Assembly: GCA_963758295.1 (NCBI GenBank)
Contig: CAVWUU010000004.1
Coordinates: 864,001-928,000, forward strand
DNA length: 64,000 bases
From: Candidatus Eremiobacteria bacterium
GTDB lineage: Bacteria > Vulcanimicrobiota > Vulcanimicrobiia > Vulcanimicrobiales > Vulcanimicrobiaceae
Reading direction: 5' to 3'
A program made the translations under genes and the position numbers. The notes below the pieces were generated by a model. That model saw only the letters and a list, made by a program, of their open reading frames with translations. It searched no databases and was not told the DNA's origin. This document shows, piece after piece, positions 10,592 to 21,027 of this stretch. How positions within the stretch are numbered: position 1 is the stretch's first letter; each line of letters starts with the position of its first letter.

Positions 10592-10620
10592 TTGAAGCGC
10601 CGTTTTTCATCTGTTACGAT
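10592..10620 (+). promoter_or_regulatory. Strong sigma70-type promoter with extended -10
   Basis: TTGAAG (10592-10597), 17 nt, TACGAT (10615-10620) preceded by TG-n. Confidence 0.7.
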
Positions 10621-10626
10621 GCGGTC

Positions 10627-10816
10627 ACTTCGTCAACGAAGTGCGACGCACGTATCGATCGCAACCGCAAACGCCGTGACAAGTTGCGCTGGCAGCTTTC
10701 CGAAACGCCGGTTGAACCGCCGGATCAACGCAGGTAGGGTCTCCCACCCGGGGCCAAACCGGCGAGTCCGGTGAGCGAATACGTCAAAACCCGCCGGCTT
10801 ACCCCGGCGGGTTTTT
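10627..10816 (+). ncRNA. Candidate structured ncRNA 2 (~190 nt), family unassigned
   Basis: Bounded by a good promoter and a perfect terminator. Nested long-range pairings ACGTAT/ATACGT, TCGC/GCGA, ACCG/CGGT and CGCCGGTT/AACCGGCG. No credible ORF. Confidence 0.6.
10786..10816 (+). terminator. Intrinsic (possibly bidirectional) terminator
   Basis: Perfect 12-bp stem AAAACCCGCCGG / CCGGCGGGTTTT with a 6-nt loop and a T5 run. Confidence 0.85.
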
Positions 10817-10841
10817 GCGTGTAACGCTGGTTGCGGGGTAC

Positions 10842-11046
10842 GCGCGTTGGGAGTGGGGCGAGCATCCTCCTTCGGGGGACACCCGAAAACCCGCATCGTG
10901 CGGATTTTCTGCTCGCACATTTTTTCGTGCTAAGACGGGCGGTGTCTGCAGAACAAGCACAGCGCTCGATGAAAGCGCGCATCCTGCCCAGCACGAAAAA
11001 ACTGTGACGCCCCCGAAGGAGGACGCTCGCCCCACTCCCAACGCGC
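10842..11046. repeat. 205-bp palindromic element with 37-bp terminal inverted repeats (REP/MITE-like)
   Basis: 10842-10878 and 11010-11046 are inverted with 1 mismatch in 37 bp. Inner inverted pair at 10916-10931 / 10990-11006 plus small internal hairpins. Confidence 0.85.
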
Positions 11047-11129
11047 TCGCCTACACATCGGTTTTGAGTGAACTGCAGAGATGCTGGCGGGCGTTTTTTG
11101 CTCAATACGGGCGGCCGCGCCTTTCGAAT

Positions 11130-12110
11130 TTATGTGTATTTTTTCACTATGTCGGCGACGAGGACGCTGATGCGTGTGCGGATTTCTGTTGGGTGCACGA
11201 TTTCGGCTTGGGCGCCCCAGCCGAGGACCCAGCGTACGAGTTCGTCGACGTCGCCAACTTGGTAGTCGATTTCGGCTGAACCGTCGGTATTGCGGGTGAT
11301 TTGGCGTTCTGCTACCACGCGTGCGGCGATTGCGGCTTTTGAGACGCGGGGCGCGAACTTTACGCGCACGCTCGTGGTGTCGGCACCGTGCATTACGCCG
11401 CTGATCGATGCGGCTGCGTAGGCTTCGACGTCGAAGTCTGCGGGTCTGGTGAAGGTGCGGGCAAGGAGTTCCGGTGAGGACACGTTGTCGACGGCGAACA
11501 CCCGTTTATCGCGGCGCGAGTGATCGTAAGCAACGCAGTAGATGCGTCCCGAACTCACGATGAAACCGTAGGGGTCCACGGTGCGGGCGCTTTGTTTTCC
11601 CTCTTTGTCGGAATAGCTGAATTGCACGCTGCGCGACGTACGTTCCGCCGCCGCGAAAACCGAAAAAGCCTTTTCGCCGGCTTCGTCCATGCGAATTTCC
11701 GCAAGCCGGAATGCCATGGGCGACGGCGCTTCGGCGCGCGCTTTGGCCGAACGTCCCGACGAGCCTAGGAGTTTGTCGGTAATCTCGTCGATCGACTGCC
11801 CGATCGCGCCGCCGATCGATGCACCGAACGAACGAAGCGCGACGAGTCCGAAAAGCTCGCCGCCGCTGAGGTCCAAACGTTTGAGACTGTAACCTTCGGC
11901 GAACTTGTACGTCGCCGTGATGCGGTCGAAAAACCACGGAAAGCCCGCCTCGGATAGCACGGCGAGATAGCGGCGCAAGCTACGCGTGCTCGGCCGTTTT
12001 CCGCCTTCGGCGATACGGTCTTTCAAATCCTCGAAAGAATGGCGGCCTTCGTCGATGGCATTGAGCAGCCGGACGAGCAGGACGATCTTCGGTTCTGTGG
12101 TGCGTTCTAT
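11130..12110 (-). CDS. HTH-WYL-WCX transcriptional regulator (PafB/PafC/DriD-like); start uncertain
   Basis: N-terminal HTH (STRSLRRYLAVLSEAGFP), WYL-type RTVDPYGF..IYCVAYDHSRRDKRVFAVDNV and C-terminal WVLGWGAQAEIVHP. Start proposed at ATA 12110 (see findings). Confidence 0.9.
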   Translation of the reverse strand: MERTTEPKIVLLVRLLNAIDEGRHSFEDLKDRIAEGGKRPSTRSLRRYLAVLSEAGFPWFFDRITATYKFAEGYSLKRLDLSGGELFGLVALRSFGASIGGAIGQSIDEITDKLLGSSGRSAKARAEAPSPMAFRLAEIRMDEAGEKAFSVFAAAERTSRSVQFSYSDKEGKQSARTVDPYGFIVSSGRIYCVAYDHSRRDKRVFAVDNVSSPELLARTFTRPADFDVEAYAAASISGVMHGADTTSVRVKFAPRVSKAAIAARVVAERQITRNTDGSAEIDYQVGDVDELVRWVLGWGAQAEIVHPTEIRTRISVLVADIVKKYT

Positions 12111-13831
12111 GCGCGTGGTCTCCCGGGCGACGGTTCTATCGTTGGTATCGGACTTGGCGACGCCGACGGTGAGGCGGACGAGGGCACGGACGGCACCGCG
12201 ATGGGCGACGGCGGCGGCTGCGGTTTCGGGAAGCACCCGTCGGGCGCCGAAATCGGCGGCGGTGTAGGCTGTGGCGGCGTCTGCGTGATTCCTACCTCCA
12301 GCGGATAGTTCGACCCGCCGTCCGTCATCGTTTGAAGGTTCAACCGATACGTTTGATTCGGCTGCAACGTGTACGCGCTCACCTCATATGGTTGCGGAAC
12401 GCGAACGCATCCCATGTCGACCAGCGAATTGCCTAGCAAGAAGCTCGAACGAACGACGCCGCCGATCGGCCGTTCGTAGAGAAAGACCGTTGCCGGCGCC
12501 GACGTTGGATTAGCGAGCGAGAAGCCGATATTCCAAAGCACGCCGTAGTCACCGTAGTCGTGGCCCGGCGAGTTCGCCGCAACATTCGGCGGCGTGGGCT
12601 CGCGATCGCCGTAGACGAACTTTGCGTCCGGACCGCCGACGGCATAGGAAACATTCGCGCTGCCGTAATTGGCTAGCGAGAAGATGCCCGTGCGATGATG
12701 GCCGTCGTCGGGCAGTTGCGGACGGCTCAGCAACGTCCGCGGATCGATGCCGGGCGAAACGGCTACAACGGTAACATTCACCGGTCCGCCGGCCAGAACG
12801 CGCAATCCGACGGTGCCGGCGACGCCCTGCCGGTACTGCATCGGCAAGTCGTGCAAGACGTATGGAGTTGAATCGAGATCGACGATCGTTCCTTGATTGC
12901 GGGGCTGGAACAGCAAGAAGTTTTTGCTCGTAGCGTGGCCTACGCTCATTACGTCGATGTTCGGCCCGGCCGTCGAATCGATGATTTGCACTGACGACGG
13001 ATCCTGCGATTGGGACGATAGGATGACCGCCACGCGGCGCGCTTGCGGGCCGTTGTCGTGATAAAAATAAAGCCGCACCGGCCGCGCGGCATCGAACGTT
13101 CCGCGGTAAAGCACGCCGTCGGCGTTTACGCGTTCGGGATCGTCGTCGTAAAAAAGCAACGAAGGCAGAAACGTTCCCGCATCGACGTTTTGCACCGTAA
13201 CCGTCGTACTGTCGTTCACGTCGAGATACGTGTCGCCGCCGGCGATTTGCACCGGGACGGTAAACTGCGTCTGCGCACCCGGCACAAGCGGCGAAGGTGC
13301 CGGCGTCACGGGCGCGATGGCGACTTGCGCGCCCGGCTGGCTCAGCGTGAGACGTGCGACGAGCGAGGCGACCTGCTGTGCGAGCCACGCGGGATCGACT
13401 GGGGATCCGGTGACTTTCAGCGTCGCTGTTTTTTCAACGGTGCCGGCCGCAAACGCGACGCGCACCGGTACGTCGATCCGGCTGGCGCCGCTGATAACGT
13501 GAATCGTATCGTTGCCGGTTGCTTGCGTCGCCGTGACCGTCACCGTCAAAGCGCTTTGGTCGACGGCGAGGATTACGAGCTTCCGGTCGGTCGTCGCCTG
13601 AAGCGGCGCGTTTGCGCCGGTGACGGTGATAATTTGCTGCTGCGCGGGAGAAAGAGAGACGGACGCCGGTTGAACGCCGAGCGTTCCGGAGGCAGGCGTG
13701 AACGCCGGCGATGGTGATGTTTGCGGGAACGGCGATGCGGCCGGTGACGCCGGCGCGGCGGGCGTGACAAGCACCGGCGGCGGTGGAGGCGGGGTCACCT
13801 GGGCTACGACGGCGACAATCGCGGCAAACAT
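12107..13831 (-). CDS. Exported beta-rich protein with Pro-rich termini
   Basis: Signal-like N-terminus, Pro/Ser-rich linkers and an Ig-like Thr/Val-rich region. LFYDDDPERVNADGVLY and DYGDYGVLWNI recall DUF3370-like proteins (tentative). Confidence 0.75.
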   Translation of the reverse strand: MFAAIVAVVAQVTPPPPPPVLVTPAAPASPAASPFPQTSPSPAFTPASGTLGVQPASVSLSPAQQQIITVTGANAPLQATTDRKLVILAVDQSALTVTVTATQATGNDTIHVISGASRIDVPVRVAFAAGTVEKTATLKVTGSPVDPAWLAQQVASLVARLTLSQPGAQVAIAPVTPAPSPLVPGAQTQFTVPVQIAGGDTYLDVNDSTTVTVQNVDAGTFLPSLLFYDDDPERVNADGVLYRGTFDAARPVRLYFYHDNGPQARRVAVILSSQSQDPSSVQIIDSTAGPNIDVMSVGHATSKNFLLFQPRNQGTIVDLDSTPYVLHDLPMQYRQGVAGTVGLRVLAGGPVNVTVVAVSPGIDPRTLLSRPQLPDDGHHRTGIFSLANYGSANVSYAVGGPDAKFVYGDREPTPPNVAANSPGHDYGDYGVLWNIGFSLANPTSAPATVFLYERPIGGVVRSSFLLGNSLVDMGCVRVPQPYEVSAYTLQPNQTYRLNLQTMTDGGSNYPLEVGITQTPPQPTPPPISAPDGCFPKPQPPPSPIAVPSVPSSASPSASPSPIPTIEPSPGRPRA

Positions 13832-13854
13832 ACCGGTGTGGTATGGTGATGCGG

Positions 13855-14478
13855 ATGACGCTCCACCTTCCGGCGATTCCTACGGAGGTCGCCCGCGATA
13901 TTGCCGCGATCGGCCGCTTCGCCTCGCATCGCGGCTGGCTGCCGGCAACCAGCGGAAACATCTCCCGGAGGATCGACACGCGTCATGCCGCCATCACGCG
14001 CTCGGGTATCGATAAAGGTGCCGTCGGCGAAAATGACCTGATCGTCGTCGACCTCGACGGCTCGCTGCCGGCCGGCGTTTCGGCCGAGACGCCGCTGCAC
14101 GTTGCGCGATACCGCCGCGATCCGGCCGTCGGCGCCGTGATCCACGTCCATTCGGTGGCGGCGACCGTGCTGTCGCGAGCAGATGCCCCTGGGGGCTTCG
14201 TGCAGTTGGACGGATTCGAAATGCACAAGGCACTGGCCGGAATCACCACGCACGAAAGCGTCGTTAGGCTGCCGATTTTCGCGAACGACCAGGACACCGA
14301 GCTTCTGGCGCAACGCGTGGAGGCGCGCTTGGGCGAAGCCGCAACGGTGCCCGGCTACCTGCTCGCCGGCCACGGCCTTTACGTCTGGGGTGCGAGCATG
14401 GCGGAAGCACAACGCCACCTGGAGGGCATAGAATTTTTACTTCAGTGTGCACTCGAGGAACGGAGACTGCAGCGATGA
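13855..14478 (+). CDS. mtnB: Methylthioribulose-1-phosphate dehydratase
   Basis: GWLPATSGNIS, SAETPLH, HVHSV and GHGLYVWG (class II aldolase fold), in context with mtnD and mtnC. Start at ATG 13855 inferred from the promoter position. Confidence 0.92.
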   Translation: MTLHLPAIPTEVARDIAAIGRFASHRGWLPATSGNISRRIDTRHAAITRSGIDKGAVGENDLIVVDLDGSLPAGVSAETPLHVARYRRDPAVGAVIHVHSVAATVLSRADAPGGFVQLDGFEMHKALAGITTHESVVRLPIFANDQDTELLAQRVEARLGEAATVPGYLLAGHGLYVWGASMAEAQRHLEGIEFLLQCALEERRLQR

Positions 14479-15035
14479 CCACGACGCTTACGACGATGCT
14501 TCGCGTCTACGAAGACACGGCGCCCGAAACGGTCGCGATTGAGACGACCGACGGCGACCGGATCGCAGAAGAGCTTGCAAAAATCGGCGTGCGCTTCGAA
14601 CGCTGGGCCGCCGATGCGGAACTGCCGGCGGGCGCCGATCAGGAAACGGTCATCGCGGCGTATCGTTCTTCCGTCGATCGCTTGATTTCCGAATGCGGCT
14701 ACCGATCGGTGGACGTTCTTCGCCTCGAGCGCGGAACGCCGAACACCGGACCGGTCCGCCAGAAGTTTCTGAACGAGCACCAGCATTCCGAAGACGAAGT
14801 GCGGTTCTTCGTCGCGGGCCGCGGGGCGTTCTACCTGCACGCCGGGGGACGCGTTTATCAAACGGTGTGCGTGCAAGGCGACCTCATATCGGTACCCGCC
14901 GGAACAAAGCACTGGTTCGACATGGGACCGGATCCCGAATTTACGGCCATCCGCCTCTTCATCAATGCCGATGGATGGATTGCTAATTTTACCGGCGATC
15001 CGATTGCAGGCGCGTTTCCGAAGCTCGACTCTTAA
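14475..15035 (+). CDS. mtnD: Acireductone dioxygenase
   Basis: KFLNEHQHSEDEVRFFVAGRGAF and VPAGTKHWFDMG. ATGA overlap with mtnB. Confidence 0.95.
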   Translation: MTTTLTTMLRVYEDTAPETVAIETTDGDRIAEELAKIGVRFERWAADAELPAGADQETVIAAYRSSVDRLISECGYRSVDVLRLERGTPNTGPVRQKFLNEHQHSEDEVRFFVAGRGAFYLHAGGRVYQTVCVQGDLISVPAGTKHWFDMGPDPEFTAIRLFINADGWIANFTGDPIAGAFPKLDS

Positions 15036-15039
15036 CGCA

Positions 15040-15735
15040 ATGGAATTTCGCGCGTCGGCCGCCCTTATCGATATCGAAGGCACGGTCGGATCGATCGCTT
15101 TCGTGCGCGACGTGCTTTTCCCGTACGCGCGGGACCGCATGGACCAGTACGTCGACCGGCACAAGGAAGATCCACGCGTGCGCGCGTTGTTGGACGAAGC
15201 AGCTCGCGAAGCAGGCGTCGACGTTCATGACCTTCGCGCGATCCTGGCGAGTTTGCATGCGTGGGCGGCAGCCGATCTGAAAGTTACGGTCTTAAAAGAA
15301 CTTCAGGGCCTCATCTGGGTCGAAGGCTTCGAATCGAGCGGGCTTCAAGGGCATCTGTATCAGGACGCGATCGACGCCTTGGAGCGGTACAGCGATGCCG
15401 GCGTCGCGCTTTACATATATTCTTCGGGCTCCGTTGCGGCGCAGAAATTGCTTTTCGGCCACAGCGTTGCCGGTGATTTGCTTCCGCTCTTTCGCGGTTT
15501 TTACGACACGACGACCGGCGGAAAGCGCGAAGCGACATCCTACGAACGCATCGTGCGTGACGTCGGGGCGCCGCCGAACGAAACGATCTTCTTCTCCGAC
15601 AACGAAGCTGAGTTGGATGCCGCCCGCGAAGCCGGGCTGCAAACCGTGCAGCTGGCGCGCCCTGAAGACGGGACGGTTCCAACAACGCGTCACACTTGCG
15701 TAGAGTCTTTCAATGAGGTCGAATTAACGCGATGA
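15040..15735 (+). CDS. mtnC: Enolase-phosphatase E1 (acireductone synthase)
   Basis: DIEGT, FVRDVLFPYA, LKELQGLIW, IYSSGSVAAQKLLFGHS and FFSD. Confidence 0.95.
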   Translation: MEFRASAALIDIEGTVGSIAFVRDVLFPYARDRMDQYVDRHKEDPRVRALLDEAAREAGVDVHDLRAILASLHAWAAADLKVTVLKELQGLIWVEGFESSGLQGHLYQDAIDALERYSDAGVALYIYSSGSVAAQKLLFGHSVAGDLLPLFRGFYDTTTGGKREATSYERIVRDVGAPPNETIFFSDNEAELDAAREAGLQTVQLARPEDGTVPTTRHTCVESFNEVELTR

Positions 15736-16199
15736 AAACCGCCGCCCGATACTTCGAAGATTTTCACATCGGCGAGACGCTTCAAAGCGCGGAATTCCAC
15801 CTCAGTGAAAAAGAATGCATCGCATTTGCCCATCTCTACGACCCGCAGCCGTTTCATTTATCGAACGAAGACGCGGAAGCCAGTGTCTTTCGGGAGCTTA
15901 CCGCAAGCGGCTGGCAAACCGCAGCTATCACGATGCGGCTGATGGTTGAGAGCGGGGTCTTTCGCGCGACGGGTATCATCGGCACCGGCATCGACGACCT
16001 GCGTTGGCTTGCGCCCGTGCATCCCGGCGATAGCCTATACGTACGCGCCGAAATCGTCGAAAAGACGCCGTGGCCGGGAAATAAGGGACGAGGCACGGTT
16101 CGCGTAAGGCTGCACACGATCAATCAGCACGGCGTCGTCGTGATGTCGCAGATTGCAAATCTGATGGTCGCCGCGCGGCCGAACGGCGCTGCTCAATGA
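15732..16199 (+). CDS. MaoC family dehydratase
   Basis: YFEDF, YDPQPFHL, ASGWQT and LRWLAPVHPGD (hotdog fold). Confidence 0.9.
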   Translation: MKTAARYFEDFHIGETLQSAEFHLSEKECIAFAHLYDPQPFHLSNEDAEASVFRELTASGWQTAAITMRLMVESGVFRATGIIGTGIDDLRWLAPVHPGDSLYVRAEIVEKTPWPGNKGRGTVRVRLHTINQHGVVVMSQIANLMVAARPNGAAQ

Positions 16200-17377
16200 G
16201 CGCGACGCTTCACGCGTCAGCGGAGTTCGACGGCGAAATCGATCTAGCGAAGCTACGCGCGCGCACAAGCGAAAAGTGGCGGCGTTATCCCGAAAGCGTG
16301 TTGCCGCTTTTTGTAGCGGAGACGGATTTTCCGGTTGCGCCCAACGTTGCTCGCACATTGCACGAAGCCGTCGACCGCGGGGACTTGGGATACGCGATCG
16401 AGCAAAGAACCGTAGGCGAAGCCTATGCCCGATTCGCGATCGACCGTTACGGTTTGGCGATCGATCCGGCAAACGTGCTTGTCGTTCCTGAAGTGATGAT
16501 CGGCGTCGCGGAAATTCTGCGGACGATTGCGTCCAGCGATGAAGCAATCGTCATTAACCCGCCCGTTTACCGGCCGTTTTTCTTGACGATACGCGAAGTC
16601 CATCGCCCGATCGTCGAGGCTCCGCTCACAACAAGCGGCGGCCGGTACGAGCTGGATTTCCCCGCGCTCGAAGCAGCGTTTCAGGGCGGGGCGCGCGTTC
16701 TTCTTTTTTGCAATCCGCACAATCCCGTCGGACGCGTCTATTCTGCCGAGGACGTGGAACGTGTCGCAACGCTTGCAGAGCAATACGGCGTTGCCGTGCT
16801 CGCCGATGAGATACATGCGCCGCTCGTTCTGCCCGGCGTAAAGCACACGCCGTTCGAAAGCGTAGTGGAACGCACCGGCGTAAAAGCTATCACCCTAACG
16901 TCCGCATCCAAAGGCTGGAACATCGCGGGACTGAAGTGCGCGCTCGCGATTACGTCGAGTGAGTGGGGTCGTTCGGTGTTCGCGCGTCTTCCGCGCGAGA
17001 TCACCGAACGCAGCGGCATTCTTGGCACCGTCGCGACAATCGCCGCATTTCGCGACGACGTCGCGTATCTGGATCGCGTGCTTGCGCATCTCGACCGCCA
17101 ACGCGTTGCATTGCGCGAACTGCTCGATGCCAACGGTTTCGAATCCGTCGGTTACACACCGCCCGAAGCAAGCTTCCTCGCGTGGCTCGATTGCCGCCCG
17201 CTCGAGCTTGGGAACGATCCCGCCGCCGTATTCCTCAAAAAAGGACGCGTTGCTCTAAATCCCGGACGCCATTTCGGCAAGGAAGGCAACGGCTTCGTCC
17301 GCGTCAACTTCGCTACTTCCACTCCCATCCTCGAAGACGCCGTCGCGCGAATGCGCTCCGCGCTCCTATCGTGTTGA
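16196..17377 (+). CDS. MalY/PatB family PLP-dependent enzyme (C-S lyase/aminotransferase)
   Basis: SEKW, LFVAETDF, CNPHNPVG, DEIH, SASKGWN (PLP lysine) and RVNFAT. Confidence 0.9.
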   Translation: MSATLHASAEFDGEIDLAKLRARTSEKWRRYPESVLPLFVAETDFPVAPNVARTLHEAVDRGDLGYAIEQRTVGEAYARFAIDRYGLAIDPANVLVVPEVMIGVAEILRTIASSDEAIVINPPVYRPFFLTIREVHRPIVEAPLTTSGGRYELDFPALEAAFQGGARVLLFCNPHNPVGRVYSAEDVERVATLAEQYGVAVLADEIHAPLVLPGVKHTPFESVVERTGVKAITLTSASKGWNIAGLKCALAITSSEWGRSVFARLPREITERSGILGTVATIAAFRDDVAYLDRVLAHLDRQRVALRELLDANGFESVGYTPPEASFLAWLDCRPLELGNDPAAVFLKKGRVALNPGRHFGKEGNGFVRVNFATSTPILEDAVARMRSALLSC

Positions 17378-17409
17378 CCCGCGCGTCATCGCGCGCTTGT
17401 CGAACGAAC

Positions 17410-17446
17410 AAAAAGCCCCGAGAGTGAATCTCGAGGCTTTCGTTTT
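17410..17446 (-). terminator. Terminator between the convergent MalY-like gene and clpC
   Basis: On the minus strand AAAGCCTCGAGA / TCTCGGGGCTTT (one G-U) followed by TTGTT. T-rich on the other side too. Confidence 0.75.
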
Positions 17447-17460
17447 GGCGGTGCGCGCTC

Positions 17461-19962
<2,502 letters not shown>

Positions 19963-20078
19963 GGTCTGCTTGTTTCCTCCGGTACTACTCGCGGTGCGAG
20001 CAGTGTCTGTCTATAAACTCTACCCGTCGAACTCCGGTTTCGTGACGCTTCTTATTGCGAGTTTTCGGCTTTTACCGA

Positions 20079-20534
20079 TTAGAAAGTGAAGCGGAGTCCG
20101 AGGAACCCGGCCGTCGTCCCGTTCGTTCGCGTTCCTTTATAGGCTCGCAACTCGACGGTCGTGTAGGCTGCTACGGGTTTGCCCACAAAAATCGTTAGCA
20201 CCGGGCCGTTTTCGCGATCGGACGATAACGTACCGATTCCCAGCCCGCCGCCCACGTATGCGCCGCCGAAGCCGCCGCCCGAGAGGCCCCGAACCTCCGC
20301 GGTAACTGCGTACCCTCCTTGCTTGGTAACCGGAACGAGTACTGTGCCCTGTATTTCTATAGGAAGACTGGGCACCGAGGCGGCCGAGCTCAGGAGCACC
20401 GCGCCGCCGGCTTGCGACGGACTGCTGGTGACGAAACCGCCGCCTGCGACGGAAAGCTCTGCGGCCGTGGATCGGATCGAGGAAGCGAGCACGCATGCCA
20501 GCATCAGCAATCCGGGGCAGAGCCATCTCTTCAT
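20079..20534 (-). CDS. Exported Gly-rich beta-strand protein (small outer-membrane barrel-like)
   Basis: Signal peptide MKRWLCPGLLMLAC, alternating-pattern strands and C-terminal aromatic GLRFTF. Confidence 0.65.
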   Translation of the reverse strand: MKRWLCPGLLMLACVLASSIRSTAAELSVAGGGFVTSSPSQAGGAVLLSSAASVPSLPIEIQGTVLVPVTKQGGYAVTAEVRGLSGGGFGGAYVGGGLGIGTLSSDRENGPVLTIFVGKPVAAYTTVELRAYKGTRTNGTTAGFLGLRFTF

Positions 20535-20711
20535 GCGGTTTGAGGGTACGTCGAACAACTGACGTACGCCTCGCTCGTATTAAAGAAAGCGGTGGATAAT
20601 GTTTTGTGAGGTCCACCTAAAGACACTGGGCGCTCCGGCGTGGTTGCAGAGCGCACCGCGCTTGCCACCCTAGTGGAACGCAGAACCGGCCGCGCGGGTT
20701 AGAATACCCGT

Positions 20712-21023
20712 ATGCCAACCTCCGAACAAGTTCGCGAAGCCCTCACCGAAGTCAAAGACCCCGAGCTGAATCTGGGAATCCTAGAGCTCGGTCTCGTCTA
20801 CGACGTCGTCGCCGAAGGGGAATCCGGCGAACACGTTACTGTCACCATGACGCTCACGTCGCCGATGTGCCCCGTCGGGCCAATGTTCAAGAAATCGGTC
20901 GAGGATCACGTGCTTGCGATCGACGGCGTCAAAACCGCGAACGTCGAGATCACCTTCACCCCGCCATGGGATCCGCGCACCATGGCTTCTGAGGACGTGA
21001 AAGCCGCCCTCGGCATTTGGTAA
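20712..21023 (+). CDS. DUF59/SufT-PaaD family metal-sulfur cluster assembly factor
   Basis: DPEL..ELGLVYDV, MTLTSPMCP and PPWDP. Confidence 0.92.
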   Translation: MPTSEQVREALTEVKDPELNLGILELGLVYDVVAEGESGEHVTVTMTLTSPMCPVGPMFKKSVEDHVLAIDGVKTANVEITFTPPWDPRTMASEDVKAALGIW

Positions 21024-21027
21024 TCCG

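Noticed and set aside
10667..10700. tmRNA-like tag (GCA AAC ... GCG CTG GCA GCT, AN...ALAA)
   Set aside because: The two parts are in different frames, no stop follows ALAA, and there are no tRNA-like ends.
10422..11279. ORF-track ORFs in the intergenic gap (e.g. 10725..11105, 10815..11279)
   Set aside because: No SD or recognisable motifs. The translations mirror the palindrome or the WYL antisense strand.
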